From Octopus vulgaris (Eukaryota), in the NCBI GenBank assembly GCA_951406725.2, contig OX597816.1:17360001-17424000 (forward strand): a DNA stretch of 64,000 bases. The letters are read 5' to 3'. Within the stretch, counting starts at the first letter, position 1, and every line of letters starts with the position of its first letter. Position numbers and translations under genes: made by a program. Shown piece by piece: positions 25,841 to 37,535 of this stretch. The notes under the pieces were generated by a model, which had not been told where the DNA came from, ran no database searches, and was given only the letters and a program-made list of their open reading frames with translations.

Positions 25841-26320
25841 TTAACCCTTTTGTTACAGTATTTATTTTGAGATGCTCTGTGTTTCTTTCAATTACCTTAA
25901 ATATTACAAAGAATTTAGTAAAATAACTTGGTTATCATTAAGCTAGTTTTAGGAACATTAATTTTGATTAACATTTGGTGGAAAATTTTAATTCAAAACT
26001 TATGCGCACAAGACATTTGTACTGCAGAACCAAAGCTGGTTTCAGTTGGGTTGGTATCGAAAGGGTTAAGTATTGTTTCTCTATTATATATCAACCCTTT
26101 TGTCAACATATTTCTGTTGAGATGCTCTGTGATTCTTTCAATTAATTTTAACTATAACAAAGAATTCAGTAAAATAACTTAGTTATCATTAAGCTAGTGT
26201 TAGGAACAGAAATTGTGACTAAGGTTTGGTGGAAGATTTTAAATCAGAACTTATGAAAACAAGACATTTGTTCTACAGAGCCAGAGCCAGTTTCAGCTGG
26301 GTTGGTAACAAAAGGGTTAA
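25841..26320 (+). mobile_element. Two tandem piggyBac-type MITEs (25841-26069 and 26091-26320)
   Basis: TTAA-CCCTTT...AAAGGG-TTAA termini (second left end TCAA); same family as 8714-9162. Confidence 0.85.
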
Positions 26321-26329
26321 GGATCTGTG

Positions 26330-26772
26330 GGTGATGCCGAATTCATTTGAAGCTCCTTTAAAAAAATTTCTGGTGACTTAGAGTGGATGCTTGAGCCACA
26401 AGTATTTTATTTTCTTCAGTGGTAACACTGACCTGTTGACCTCTTTTCTGTAGATTTCAGATTGGCCCAGTCTGCTCAAATTTGTCACATATTTTATAAA
26501 CTGTTAATCTTGATGGAGCTGGTCTTTGAAATTCTTCAGTCCATTTCTGTCTAACCATTTCTGCATTCTCTGTTTTCCAGTACTGCTTGATGATCCACTT
26601 CCAATAACCATTGGTCAAATTTCCAAATTTCCATATAATGAACATCTGAAATTAGAAAAAAATTATTCTCTTATAGATATAATTATTTTAAAAAAACTTA
26701 GGATCATAAATTTCTTATCCCAAAAAAGAAATAAAGAAATGGAAAGAACATTTCACTTATATTAAGAAACTG
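26330..26772 (-). pseudogene. Tc1/mariner-superfamily transposase N-terminal HTH (DUF4817-like) remnant
   Basis: KWIIKQYWKTENAEMVRQKWTEEFQRPAPSRLTVYKICDKFEQTG*..RGQQVSVTTEENKILVAQA; possible TA|CAG terminus at 26772. Confidence 0.75.
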
Positions 26773-26794
26773 TATAATAAATAAGAGTCAAATA

Positions 26795-27435
26795 TTCTTT
26801 TCTACACTAGGCACAAGGTCCGAAATTTAGCGGGAGGGGGCCAGTCGATTAGATTGACTGCAGTATGCAATTGGTACTTGATTAATTGACTCTGAAAGGA
26901 TGAAAGGCAAAGTCGACCTCGGTGAAATTTGAACTCAGAACATAGATAGAGGAAATACCGCTAAACATTTCGCCTGGCGTGCTAACATTTCTGCCAGCTC
27001 AAAGCCTTAAATATTTTTTTTACTCTAAATTTTTGAGGCAGAGGCCAGTCAATTAAATCACCTCAGTACGCAACTGGTACATAATTTATGAACCCCGAAA
27101 GGATGAAAGGCAAAGTTGACCTAGCCGGAATTTGAACTCAGAACATAAAGACAGACAAAATACCGCTAAGCATTTCACCTAGTGTGCTAAAATTTCTTAT
27201 TTCTTTATTGCCCACAAGGGGCTAAACATAGAGAGGATAAACAAGGACAGACAAAGGGATTAAGTCGATTACATCGATCCCAGTGTGTAACTGGTACTTA
27301 ATCTATCGACCCCTGAAAGAATGAAAGGCAAAGTCGACCTTTGCGGAATTTGAACTCAGAACGTAATGGCAGATGAAATACTGCTAAGCATTTCACCCAG
27401 CGTGCTAAAATTTCTGCCAGCAGCTTGCCACCTTT
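26795..27435 (-). mobile_element. SINE family B tandem cluster (3 units)
   Basis: Repeated aggatgaaaggcaaagtcgacc...gaactcagaac blocks. Confidence 0.85.
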
Positions 27436-27997
27436 AATATTAAGGAATTTCTGATTGATTATATCCTCCTACATCAAAATTTTGTCGGCATAATCATGTG
27501 CCAATCATACATATTTGGAAAAAAAACAAAAAAAAACAAAATGAAATATCTTTTTTTTTACTTTAACTGGAAAAAAAACTTCCTTGATACAACTTTTAAA
27601 ATTTATGACAGATCTAGATTTTAAAACTGCAGTGTTGAAATTATTTTGAAAAATATTTTAACCAAATGGAAACATCAGCCAAATTACATGGTGAAGTTAT
27701 TTTGTGTTTTATATTTAGATATATCTTTTATATTACACTTTCGTTTATAGTTTGTTTTTGTTTTTTTTTTTAATAAATAACATATATCAGTTTACTTTTC
27801 ACATGTAGACAGGTTCTCATGTGGCTTTATTTGTTTATCTTTATATTTTCTATACTGAGATATTTATTTATTATTTTGAAAGTTTGTTTACATATCAAAT
27901 GCCTTTTCATCATGGAGGTTTTCAGGTAAGTGCAGCTACAAAGAGTGCATATGTGTGTGCGTATATATATATATGTATATATATATCTATATATATA

Positions 27998-28197
27998 TCA
28001 TCATCATCATCATCATCATCATCGTTTAACGTCCGTTCTCCATGCTAGCATGGGTTGGACGGTTCGACCGGGGATCTGGAAAGCCAGAAGGCTGCACCAG
28101 GCTCCAGTCTTATCTGGCAGTGTTTCTACAGCTGGATGCCCTTCCTAACGCCAACCACTCCGTGAGTGTAGTGGGTGCATTTTACGTGCCACCTGCA
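27998..28197 (-). mobile_element. Retroposon family C 3' part
   Basis: (CAT)n-cgtttaacgtccg...ggatgcccttcctaacgccaac. Confidence 0.85.
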
Positions 28198-28198
28198 C

Positions 28199-28237
<39 letters not shown>

Positions 28238-28504
28238 GAAAGAGAGAGAGAGAGAGATATGTGTATGTGTATATATATATATATAGATAGATAAATAGAT
28301 CATAATCATAATCATCATCATCATCATCCTCATCATCATCATCATCATCCTCATCATCACCATCATCACCATCATCATTGTTATCATTATCATTATCATT
28401 TTAACATCTACTTTTCCATGCTTTCATGGGTCAGATAGAATTAGTTTGATGCCAATTTCCTTCAACTGGATGCTTTGATTCAATCAGAGATAAAGTTTTT
28501 CTCT

Positions 28505-28905
28505 GTTACTCTTTTATTTGTTTCAGTCATTTGACTGTGACCATGCTGGAGCACCGCCTATAGTTGAGGAAATCACCTCCTGGACCAATTCTTTGTAAGC
28601 CTAGTACTTATTCTATCGGTTGCTTTTGCCAAACCACTAAGTTACGAGGACATAAACACACCAGCATCGGTTGTCAAGCGATGTTAGTGGGGGACAAACA
28701 CAGACACACAAACGCACATACATATATATACATATACATATATACAATGGGCTTCTTTCAGTTTCTGTCTACTAAATCCACTCACAAGGCTTTGGTCGGC
28801 CTGAGGCTATAGTAGAAGACACTTGCCCAAGGTGCCACGCAGTGGGACTGAACCCAGAACCATGTGGCTGGTACGCAAGTTACTTACCACACAGCCACTC
28901 CTGTG

Positions 28906-28910
<5 letters not shown>
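28505..28910 (-). mobile_element. SINE family A, full length
   Basis: Matches the family A consensus throughout. Confidence 0.85.
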
Positions 28911-28944
<34 letters not shown>

Positions 28945-28948
<4 letters not shown>

Positions 28949-29137
28949 CATTTTTTCTATTCATTCTTAATACATTTCAGCAGACTCGAATACAAATATG
29001 CTAGTCACTGTTGTATCTGTCACAAGATGACGTCTCCTTTCTACAATGACAGTGTGCTTATCACATACACAGCCCACTGGTGCATGGGATTCTGGAACAC
29101 CAGTGTTTCCTCATGTTGTGTCTCATCAGACAAAATC
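28945..29137 (-). mobile_element. About 190-bp dispersed repeat carrying a hammerhead motif (29088-29137); retrozyme/Penelope-like
   Basis: 28945-29118 is repeated at 58126-58299; minus strand GAUUUUGU-CUGAUGA-GACA-caaca-UGAG-GAAACAC-UG-GUGUU-CCAGAAUC. Confidence 0.6.
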
Positions 29138-29139
29138 AG

Positions 29140-29281
29140 CTACTAAATCCACTCACAAGGCTTTGGTTGGTCTGAGGCTAAAGTAGAAGACACTTGCCCA
29201 AGGCTCCACGCAGTGGGACTGAACCCATAACCATGTGGTTTGTAACAAATTACCTACCACACAGCCACTCCAGTGCCTATA
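29140..29281 (-). mobile_element. SINE family A 5' half whose head is amplified into the adjacent array
   Basis: gacacttgcccaagg and gtgggactgaaccc (B-box) continuous with the first array unit. Confidence 0.85.
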
Positions 29282-30733
29282 GCTACGTACCACACAGCCA
29301 CTCCTGCACCTATGGCTACCTACCACACAGCCACTCCAGTGCCTATAGCTACTTACCACACAGCCACTCCTGCACCTATGGCTACCTACCACACAGCCAC
29401 TCCTGTGCCTATGGCTACCTACCACACAGCCACTCCAGTGCCTATAGCTACTTACCACACAGCCACTCCTGCACCTATGGCTACCTACCACACAGCCACT
29501 CCTGCACCTATGGCTACCTACCACACAGCCACTCCAGTGCCTATAGCTACTTACCACACAGCCACTCCTGTGCCTATAGCTACTTACTAAGCAGCCATTC
29601 CAGTGCCTATAGCTACTTACCACACAGCCACTCCTGCACCTATGGCTACCTACCACACAGCCACTCCAGTGCCTATAGCTACTTACCACACAGCCACTCC
29701 TGCACCTATAGCTACCTACCACACAGCCACTCCTGCACCTATGGCTACCTACCACACAGCCACTCCTGCACCTATGGCTACCTACCACACAGCCACTCCT
29801 GCACCTATGGCTACCTACCACACAGCCACTCCAGTGCCTATAGCTACTTACCACACAGCCACTCCTGTGCCTATAGCTACTTACTAAGCAGCCATTCATG
29901 TGCCTATAGCTACTTACCACAAGGCCACTCCTGCACCTATGGCTACCTACCACACAGCCACTCCTGCACCTATGGCTACCTACCACACAGCCACTCCTGC
30001 ACCTATGGCTACCTACCACACAGCCACTCCTGCACCTATGGCTACTTACCACACAGCCACTCCTGCACCTATGGCTACTTACCACACAGCCACTCCTGCA
30101 CCTATAGCTACTTACCACACAGCCACTCCTGCACCTATGGCTACCTACCACACAGCCACTCCTGCACCTATGGCTACCTACCACACAGCCACTCCTGCAC
30201 CTATGGCTACCTACCACACAGCCACTCCTGCACCTATAGCTACCTACCACACAGCCACTCCTGCACCTATGGCTACCTACCACACAGCCACTCCTGCACC
30301 TATGGCTACTTACCACACAGCCACTCCTGCACCTATGGCTACTTACCACACAGCCACTCCTGCACCTATGGCTACTTACCACACAGCCACTCCTGCACCT
30401 ATGGCTACCTACCACACAGCCACTCCAGTGCCTATAGCTACTTACCACACAGCCACTCCTGCACCTATGGCTACCTATGACACAGCCACTCCTGCACCTA
30501 TGGCTACCTACCACACAGCCACTCCAGTGCCTATAGCTACTTACCACACAGCCACTCCTGCACCTATGGCTACTTACCACACAGCCACTCCTGCACCTAT
30601 GGCTACTTACCACACAGCCACTCCTGCACCTATGGCTACTTACCACACAGCCACTCCTGCACCTATGGCTACTTACCACACAGCCACTCCTGTGCCTATA
30701 GCTAACTACCACACAGCCACTCCTGCACCTATG
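29249..30733 (-). repeat. 33-bp minisatellite, 45 copies, derived from the SINE A head (Pol III A-box)
   Basis: Unit gctacctaccacacagccactcctgcacctatg; 1485 bp = 45 x 33; equals the reverse complement of the SINE start taggcgcaggagtggctgtgtggtaagtagc. Confidence 0.95.
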
Positions 30734-31156
30734 TATATACAAGACAGACATTAGCAACATCAACTACCAAGAAGGACATTCTATAGAAGGAGCTTTGGCA
30801 TTTAGCTGCTGACAATTGGCAAGAGCTAAATTATGGGCAACAAACTTGTAACACTTTTCAGGTATTGCAGCTGTTAATAACTATCGCAATTTGTTGGCGA
30901 TTTTTATACTTGGTGATATTACTCTTGAGAGAAATTAAATATTTTATAAGTTGCTTTGATAAAATTTATGTCTTGTCATTATTGGGAAATGTCACTGAAG
31001 ACAGATAATTTCAACATTCTTAGAATAAGTAGGAATATCATGTAAGAGACTGATTCTATATTTGTCCTCTGAAAATAGTTTCTCATTTCCAGCTCAAGAT
31101 TTAATGGTATATCTTTTATGTCATGTATGTATGTCATGTAACTGGAACTATTCGTG

Positions 31157-31215
<59 letters not shown>

Positions 31216-31327
31216 CTGGCCTGGTGCAGCCTTCGGGCTCCCCAGACCCCAGTTGAACCGTCCAACCCATGCTAGCATGGAAAGCGGACGTTAAATGATG
31301 ATGATGATGATGATGATATATATATAT

Positions 31328-31744
31328 ACAGGCGCAGGAGTGGCTGTGTGGTAAGTAGCTTGCTAACCAACCACATGGTTCCGGGTTCAGTCCCACTGCG
31401 TGGCATCTTGGGCAAGTGACTTCTGCTATAGCCTCGGGTCGACCAATGCCTTGTGAGTGGATTTGATAGACGGAAACTGAAAGAAGCCTGTCGTATATAT
31501 GTATATGTATATATATGCCTGTGTGTGTTTGTGGGTCTGTGTTTGTCCTCCTAGCATTGCTTGACAACCGATGCTGATGTGTTTATGTCCCCGTCACTTA
31601 GCGGTTCGGCAAAAGAGACTGATAGAATAAGTACTGGGCTTACAAAGAATAAGTCCTGGGGTTGATTTGCTCGACTAAAGGCGGTGCTCCAGCATGGCCA
31701 CAGTCAAATGACTGAAACAAGTAAAAGAGTAAAAGAGTAAAAGA

Positions 31745-31745
<1 letters not shown>
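31328..31745 (+). mobile_element. SINE family A, full length
   Basis: Near-consensus copy. Confidence 0.9.
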
Positions 31746-31801
<56 letters not shown>

Positions 31802-31804
31802 CAT

Positions 31805-32130
31805 ACTGGCACTTGTGCCCGTGCTAGTAGGGTGCCATGAGCACCATCTGAGCATGATCGTTATCGGCGTCGCCTTACTGGCACCTGTGCCAGTGGCATG
31901 TATAAAAAGATTCACGTGAGGTCATTGCCAGTACTACCTGACTGGTCCCCATGTCAGTGGCACATAAAAGCACCCACCACACTCTTGGAGTGGTTGGCGT
32001 TAGGGAGGGTATCGAACTGTAGAAACTCTGCCAGCTCAAGATTGGAGCCTGGTGCAGCCATCTGGTTTGCCAGTCCTCAGTCAAAATCGTCCAACCCATG
32101 CTAGCATAGAAAGCGGACATTAAACGATGA

Positions 32131-32133
<3 letters not shown>
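31805..32133 (+). mobile_element. Retroposon family C
   Basis: Internal repeats plus (GAT)n tail. Confidence 0.85.
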
Positions 32134-32169
<36 letters not shown>

Positions 32170-33096
32170 ACACTTTTACAGAGTTTCCATCTGCTAATTC
32201 CGCCCACAAAAAATTGGTCAACCTGGGGCTACTGTAGAAGACACCCAAGGTGTCACACAGTGGGTCAGAACTGGAAACCACATTGCTGCAAAACCAGCTT
32301 CTTAACCACACAGCCATACTTGCAACCGAGTCAGGTAATTTTGAAAAAAATTATATTTGACATAAAACTACACTTGAATACAAGAGTATATAGCTATCAG
32401 TATAAGTATATTTGTCTAAGTAGAATATTTCATGTAGGTAATTATATCTTTGAAAAATATATGAAAATATAAGTTCATATATGTACAAGTATTTATATAA
32501 AGCTAAAAATATTGATATTGCATCCATATTATCGTTATTTCTTAATATAATATAAAAGAAATTGGAGCAAGAAATAAAATTTTAAAATACAATGATATTA
32601 CAATATTCTATATTAAAAGAAAGAATATATCATTGTGAATTTGAAAAGATTTTAAATTCATTTTAAGAATTTTTCTCTAAAACTCAATTAACATCTAAAC
32701 GTGTTTGGACTTTTAGATACGAACATTTCTATATATATGTATTTTTTTTTTATATGGTGACCTAAAGTAGGAATTTCATTAGGTAAATATATTTTAAACA
32801 TATTTTGTAAATGAAATATTTTTAGCTATTATAAAATATTACTTTAGATAATGTAATTAAAAAAATAAGAATAAAAGTTGTATTGAAAAATAGAGGCTGT
32901 GTTGAAAATTCAAGTGAGGTTTTATGACGAACATTTTAAAGAAATATTTTCGAGAGAAAGAAATATATTTTTGAAATATGTGACATTAAAAAAAGAAACT
33001 ATAGACAATTCACTATGAATATCATTAAATTTATTCTGTAGAAAATATTTTTTTTCGTCAATATACTTTATTTTCTGAATATATTTTCATCCTTTA

Positions 33097-33382
33097 ATCA
33101 TTGTAAAAAAAAAAATATTAATAATAATGATAAGTGACAATGATATAGAAGGAACATAAAAAAATAAAATATTTGTTTGTATGTGTATCTTTTATAGAAA
33201 AGAAGGGGAAAAAAATCAGCCAGTTAACATTTCTAGTATTGAATATAAGCAGTAATATATGACTACTGGAAATTCAATAGATATACATATGTATATGTAT
33301 ATATATATATATATTTTTTTTTTTTACAAAATATATACATCTGCAAAAAATTACATCTATTCATTTGAAAGGAACATCATGA
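33097..33382 (+). repeat. Unique-looking segment duplicated at 38954-39210
   Basis: Near-identical direct copy about 5.86 kb downstream. Confidence 0.9.
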
Positions 33383-34276
33383 TGTTCTCTCCATATGGAT
33401 TCCACATCTTTCAAACACTTTTAGTATGAATGCTCACACTTAACACCGTCTGACAACATAAATATATGCATACTAGCATCATGCGCGAGCGTGTTTGTGC
33501 AGATGTGTTGCTAAATTGAGTTATTCCTACTACATCAAAAATAGACAGCCATTAAATATTGGAAACCTATAAAATGAAATATATACTTTCATATTTGTTT
33601 TATCTTTGTGTAATACTTCTTAATGACACACTATCATTACTTTAGTATAGATTATTATTCATATATCTATTATCTGGCTAAATCTATTTTTAACTGAAGG
33701 CAATCAGCTTTCAGTTGCAAACGGTTTTAGAAGAAGTAAATCTGGACGCAAATCTATATAAATTATTTCTATTGTCTTTTGTATAGTCGTTAATTGCTCA
33801 CGTACCGAATACTAAATTCGACTTCTGTCAGAGACAAACTGAATAACAGCTGGGACTCGGTTTATGGGATGCTGGACTATAATATGAATACTTTACAATT
33901 ACTATTTACATTCTGCTTAAGGTGTTTCACCCTTGCTGTCTTAGTTCACGTATTAGTGAATAGAGACCAAGGGGTAGTTATAGTTTATTGCAGTAGACAA
34001 TGGTTTCTAATTTAGATATGAAGCTAGTAAATATAAAAAGAGTGAGTTAGTCCATAATATTTATTTTCAATACCTGATTGGTACTTTATTTTATTGATTC
34101 CCAAAGGGAATTTACAGCAAAGTTAACTGGGGCAGAATTTGAACTGACATCAGTGGTTCTCAAATAGGGTCTATATAGCTTTTGGGGTTCCATGCAGCCC
34201 TTGGGGTTCCACATAAGATTTTGTTGTTAAAGTTTATCTGCAGGGAATTGGTTATACTTCAGTAATTTACATATAC

Positions 34277-34450
34277 ATAGGCGCAGGAGTGGCTGTGTGG
34301 TAAGTAGCTTGCTAACCAACCACATGGTTCCGGGTTCAGTCCCACTGCGTGGCATCTTGGGCAAGTGTCTTCTGCTATAGCCCCGGGCCGACCAATGCCT
34401 TGTGAGTGGATTTGGTAGACGGAAACTGAAAGAAGCCTGTCGTATATATG

Positions 34451-34487
<37 letters not shown>

Positions 34488-34700
34488 ATGTCTGTGTTTG
34501 TCCCCCTAGCATTGCTTGACAACCGATGCTGGTGTGTTTAAGTCCCCGTCACTTAGCAGTTCAGCAAAAGAGACCGAAAGAATAAGTATTGGGCTTACAA
34601 AGAATAAGTCCCGGGGGTCGATTTGCTCGACTAAAGGCGGTGCTCCAGCATGGCCACAGTCAAATGACTGAAACAAATAAAAGAATAAAAGAATAAAAGA
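34277..34700 (+). mobile_element. SINE family A, young full-length copy
   Basis: Near-consensus; tail (aaagaata)n. Confidence 0.9.
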
Positions 34701-34759
34701 AATACATATACCCAGGCCTACTCACCATTTTTTTAGGAGGGGGTAGCCATAACATTCCA

Positions 34760-35200
34760 TTCATTTCCCAGCTCAAAGAGGTGAGCCCCATCCTATGCTC
34801 AGGTGAAGGCATAGAATGCAACTGCCAATATCAGCAGTGGGGCCTGACAGCATAGGCTGGTTTCATACCCCTTTGAGCAACATCAAATTCACTCATCCAT
34901 CCACAAACACTAAGCTTTCTTATCATTTATAAACCTTCTTGCCTCGCTTACTTCAACACCTCCAACCATCAATGCTTTCCTCGCTCCATCCAGCCACACA
35001 AACTAAGGTCTGCCTCTGGTTCTGCTGCCTACCACTTCTACCTTCATCACCCTCCTTACCATCCACTCTTCATCCATCCTCTCCATGTGGCCAAACCACC
35101 TCAACATTCATCTATCCAATTTGGTTGTTAGTTTTTCTCTCATTCCTGCTCGCCTTTGCACTTCCTCATTCCACATCATGTCCATCCATGTCGCACTAGC
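34760..35200 (-). mobile_element. RTE-clade LINE 3' fragment
   Basis: Minus strand MLRWFGHMERMDEEWMVRRVMKVEVVGSRTRGRP*FVWLDG (RWxGHxxRM...RxRGRP motif). Confidence 0.85.
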
Positions 35201-35256
35201 CACAGCCCTCAAACAAAATATTTAAACTTTTTTTTTTAATAGAATTCCTAATAATA

Positions 35257-35646
35257 TCTTTATATATAAAAGTGAAGTTGTGTGTCTGTCTTCTACGATT
35301 TAAATTCCTAACTACTCCCACATTTTGCGGTGCAGTGTAACCAAAAGCGGGTATCTTATAGTTGTGATTCATATCGAGCCCTTCTGGGTATTAGCGCGCA
35401 TCTACAATGAGTCTACGATTTTAAAAATAATTTACCATCATTTTTTCTATTTTAATGCATTTTTTCGCTAAGGGAAGTAACTCTCTAAAAATGTCTACGA
35501 TGAGTCAACGATTTAAAAAAAAATTTACTATAATTTTTTTTCCATTTTTAATGCATTTTTTTGCTATTTTTTGGCTATAACTCTCTAAAAATGCTTATAT
35601 AGTTATTTCCCTTACAAGCCCGAGCAACGCCGGGTGATACTGCTAA
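35257..35646 (+). mobile_element. Non-autonomous Helitron
   Basis: A|TCTTTATATATAAAAG 5' end; subterminal hairpin cccgagcaacgccggg followed by CTAA|T (CTRR end). Confidence 0.8.
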
Positions 35647-35849
35647 TTTTATTATAAAAATATAACATGATTTCTTAAACATCGAATGGATAGGAGGATC
35701 CATCAGAATAAAAAAGAACCCAAAGGTATCCATACATAAAAAAATGGTTGAAAAACATTGACTGGCATCATAAAGAGCTGGAAGAAACCTTACTAAGCAT
35801 TTTCGTCCAACACCAACCATTCTGCCAGCTTGCTGTATAATACACAGAC

Positions 35850-36367
35850 TATTGAAATTGAAATCAAACTCGATTGTGAAGACCTGTTGAGGCAAGTGAA
35901 ATCGAAATCAAAATCAAACTCGGTGACTGGCATTTGTTGCTAGTGGAGCGCTAAGAGTACCATACGAGTGAGATCATTGCCAGAGCAACAAGCTGGCCTC
36001 TGTGCCGATGGCACGTTAAAAACACCATTCGAGCGTTACATGTGTCACCTTACTAGCACTTATGCTGGTGGCACGTGAAAAAAATACATTCGAGCGAGGT
36101 CGTTGCCAGCGCCGCTGGACTGGCTCCTGTGCAGGTGGCACATGAAAAGCACCATTTGATCATGGCTGTTGCTAGTACCACCTACCTGGCCCTCATGCCG
36201 GTGGCACATAAAAGCACCCACTACACTCTCAGAGTGGTTGGCGTTAGGAAGGGCATCCAGCTGTACAAACTCTACCAGATCAGATTGCAGCCTGGTGCAG
36301 CCATCTGGTTTGCCAGTCCTCAGTCAAATCGTCCAACCCATGCTAGCATGGAAAGCGGATGTTATAC

Positions 36368-36405
<38 letters not shown>
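35850..36405 (+). mobile_element. Retroposon family C, long copy
   Basis: gaagacctgttgaggcaagtgaaatcg...(GAT)n. Confidence 0.85.
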
Positions 36406-36465
36406 CTATAATTGATCAGTGAGTTCTTAACTTTTCGTTCTGGGTGCAAATCTTGTAAGTACAGC

Positions 36466-36694
36466 TTAACCCTTTAGTGTTCAGGATTATTCTGTCAAAT
36501 GTGATGTTTGCTTATTTAAAATGGTTTGAATTAATCATGCATTATCTTGTAGTTTAGAGATTTCAGTGATGTGATTTTTGAGTTTTAGAACGACATGGTA
36601 GGGCTGAGATGAAAGGTGAGATCTGGTCAGTTTCAATATATAACAGATTAAATATTTTGGCCAGATATGGCCGGTTTGAATGCTAAAGGGTTAA
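36466..36694 (+). mobile_element. piggyBac-type MITE, second family
   Basis: TTAA-CCCTTTAG...CTAAAGGG-TTAA; degenerate relative at about 46466-46985 split by a family C copy. Confidence 0.85.
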
Positions 36695-37535
36695 GGTGGG
36701 TGGAACAGTTTCCTAAATGCTGACTTACTCGAAATACATGACATTAATACATTGGTATCAAGTGTTGCCAGTGTAATCCAACAGATTAACGAATTCAAAC
36801 TAAGATAACTCAGAAATAAAACCAGAAGACACTGTGTCTTGTTGTTCTTGTGTTCTAAGAAGTAGAAGAAGGACACAGTTTGAAATGCTAGTCTTTAAAT
36901 CTTCTCTTAATGCAACAGTACATGTCTCTTTAATACTTATTACTAAAGTGATTTTTTTTATCAGATAAAATTACTCAGATACGAATTCTAGTAACTATTC
37001 TCATTTACTAAGATAACTTAGGTTTCCTGGAACTAAACTTTTGAGTTTAGTATAAAGTTGACTTAATTCTTAGATTTATAAGAAAAAAAATGAATCTTAT
37101 CCACTTAACGGAAAGAATCAATAACTAGTTGACATTGAGAGTTTAGGCTTGAGTTAATTGATATAGTAATTTCTGACATTAATTAACACTGTCCTCCTCC
37201 TCCTCCTCCTCCTCCTCCCCCCCATTATTATCATGATCGTTGCAGTTGTCATCACCATCACTACTGCTACTGTGACCACAGTCGTTGCTGCTGTCGTCGT
37301 CCATCTGCTTCCACCACTGGTGCCACTGCCTGTGCTGCTGTTGGTGCCATTGCTGCTGTTGCCACTGCTGCCACTGCTGCTGCTGCCCTCACTGCCACTG
37401 TTGCTGCCGTATTTTTGTGCTTACACAGCATGAAATTAATATTAGCTTGCATTTAGATATTGTGTGTATATGTATATATGTATGTATATATATGCATGTA
37501 TAAATATATATGTATATTTATATATTTTTTTTTTT

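Larger units (their letters stand above)
34151..35760 (+). mobile_element. hAT-type MITE with 8-bp TSD, containing three nested insertions
   Basis: Termini cagtggttctcaa / ttgaaaaacattg; TSD actgacat (34143-34150) / actggcat (35761-35768). Confidence 0.75.

Noticed and set aside
29249-30733. CRISPR-like array
   Set aside because: Units abut with no unique spacers; eukaryotic context; no cas genes.
29153-30763. 536-aa, 428-aa and 284-aa repetitive ORFs
   Set aside because: Artefacts of a stop-free 33-bp SINE-derived unit that is open in several frames on both strands.
33930-33973. Imperfect hairpin, possible pre-miRNA
   Set aside because: Too short and bulged; no match to conserved miRNAs I recall.
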